Positions 63,011 through 64,000 of a DNA stretch of 64,000 nucleotides are shown one piece after another. The stretch lies in NCBI RefSeq assembly GCF_001194135.2, contig NC_069001.1, forward strand, positions 25,945,731 to 26,009,730, read 5' to 3'. The position numbers were made by a program, and so were the translations under genes. Under the pieces are notes generated by a model. The model was not told the DNA's origin and did no database searches. It worked only from the letters and a program-made list of their open reading frames with translations. Every line of letters begins with the position of its first letter. Position 1 is the stretch's first letter. The DNA comes from Octopus bimaculoides. Its lineage: Eukaryota.

Positions 63011-63967
63011 AATACAGGTTGTTTTTTATGCACAAACAAGACATTAAGAATTCTGAAATGATACCTGGAAAAGTCACATATGTGTGGCGAATTCCCAGAA
63101 TTCTTAAACAAATTCATGCCTTGTGGTATTATGCTTGTTGTTTGGTTTCTGATTTTAAATGAGACACAAGGTACATTTCCATTTCTTTAATCCAAGCAGG
63201 CAGATAGCTGCATTGTAGGACACATTTCGCTCCATTTCATATCATACATACATTTGTGTGTGTGTGTGTGTGTGTGTGTGATATAGATGTATAGTTACAT
63301 CTGAGGGTAAGGAATTGATATCGTTGGACATCGTTAATTTCGAAGAGGAGACTGCCAAATCATTTGAGTTCATTAAGGACAAGCATAAAACGTTCCAAAC
63401 GGGTCTCAGCAAATTAATCTAGTCTTTGAAGAACAGTTAATTTGTGCTGCAAAACCATACAGACCTGGAACAAATAGATTTGTCCTATATTTAGAAGAAT
63501 TTTATAGGATCATCACATCCTAGAGTAATGTAATAAATTCTAGACAGGAGCAAGCAATACATTGGTTACGCGTAAGGAAATTTATATTTGTCGAATATTA
63601 CTGAGCAATTATCTTTTATACTATACAAGGTTTTAAAATGACGGACTGAAAATTATTACCCTTTAAGAACATGACATAGAGATTGTTTGCGTTTGACTTA
63701 ACGGACAACTTTACATTATACAACCCCGAGTTTATAACGGCCGTACCGAGGGATATCAACTTAAGACCCTGAGGAGACTGTTCTGTTCTATGATAGGGCT
63801 GCAATTGCAACGATTACTACTCGGTGCAATTGAAACGTGTTGGCCTTAAAAGGTGGTATATACTTATAGAATTAAAGGTAATGATATGTCTACTTCAGAG
63901 TAATTCTTCTTTTTAATATTGTCTATATATATGCATATAAAGGTAAATTGATATATGTTTATATAAA

Positions 63968-64000
<33 letters not shown>

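Overview
This is a strongly AT-rich, microsatellite-dense eukaryotic window with eight N gaps. The SINE families, the (TA)/(TG)/(AAT)/(CAT) load and the transposon mix suggest a coleoid cephalopod, probably Octopus (inference). No intact protein-coding gene, rRNA, true tRNA gene or CRISPR array can be supported. Most listed ORFs are microsatellite or gap artefacts; the rest are decayed transposon ORFs. The window holds many tRNA-derived SINE copies (three families, here called A, B and C), two CR1-type LINE relics, an R4/Dong-type LINE 3' end, a Penelope-like (PLE) RT-linker/GIY-YIG relic, three internally deleted Tc1/mariner elements, a mariner MITE and a Helentron-type HINE. The most notable items are four. 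(1) A 315-bp near-perfect palindrome at 9296-9610 is built from two head-to-head units, each with a minimal type-I hammerhead ribozyme motif; one is intact, with a palindromic stem III, and one is core-mutated. (2) A 1.64-kb gag/ORF1-only retroelement splits a SINE, with no RT, poly(A) or clear TSD, and ends in twin 3' hairpins. (3) The PLE relic has an in-frame TGA at an expected Cys. (4) Several splice-site-bounded segments on the minus strand may belong to an unannotated transcript. Coordinates of decayed repeats are approximate because they were read by eye.
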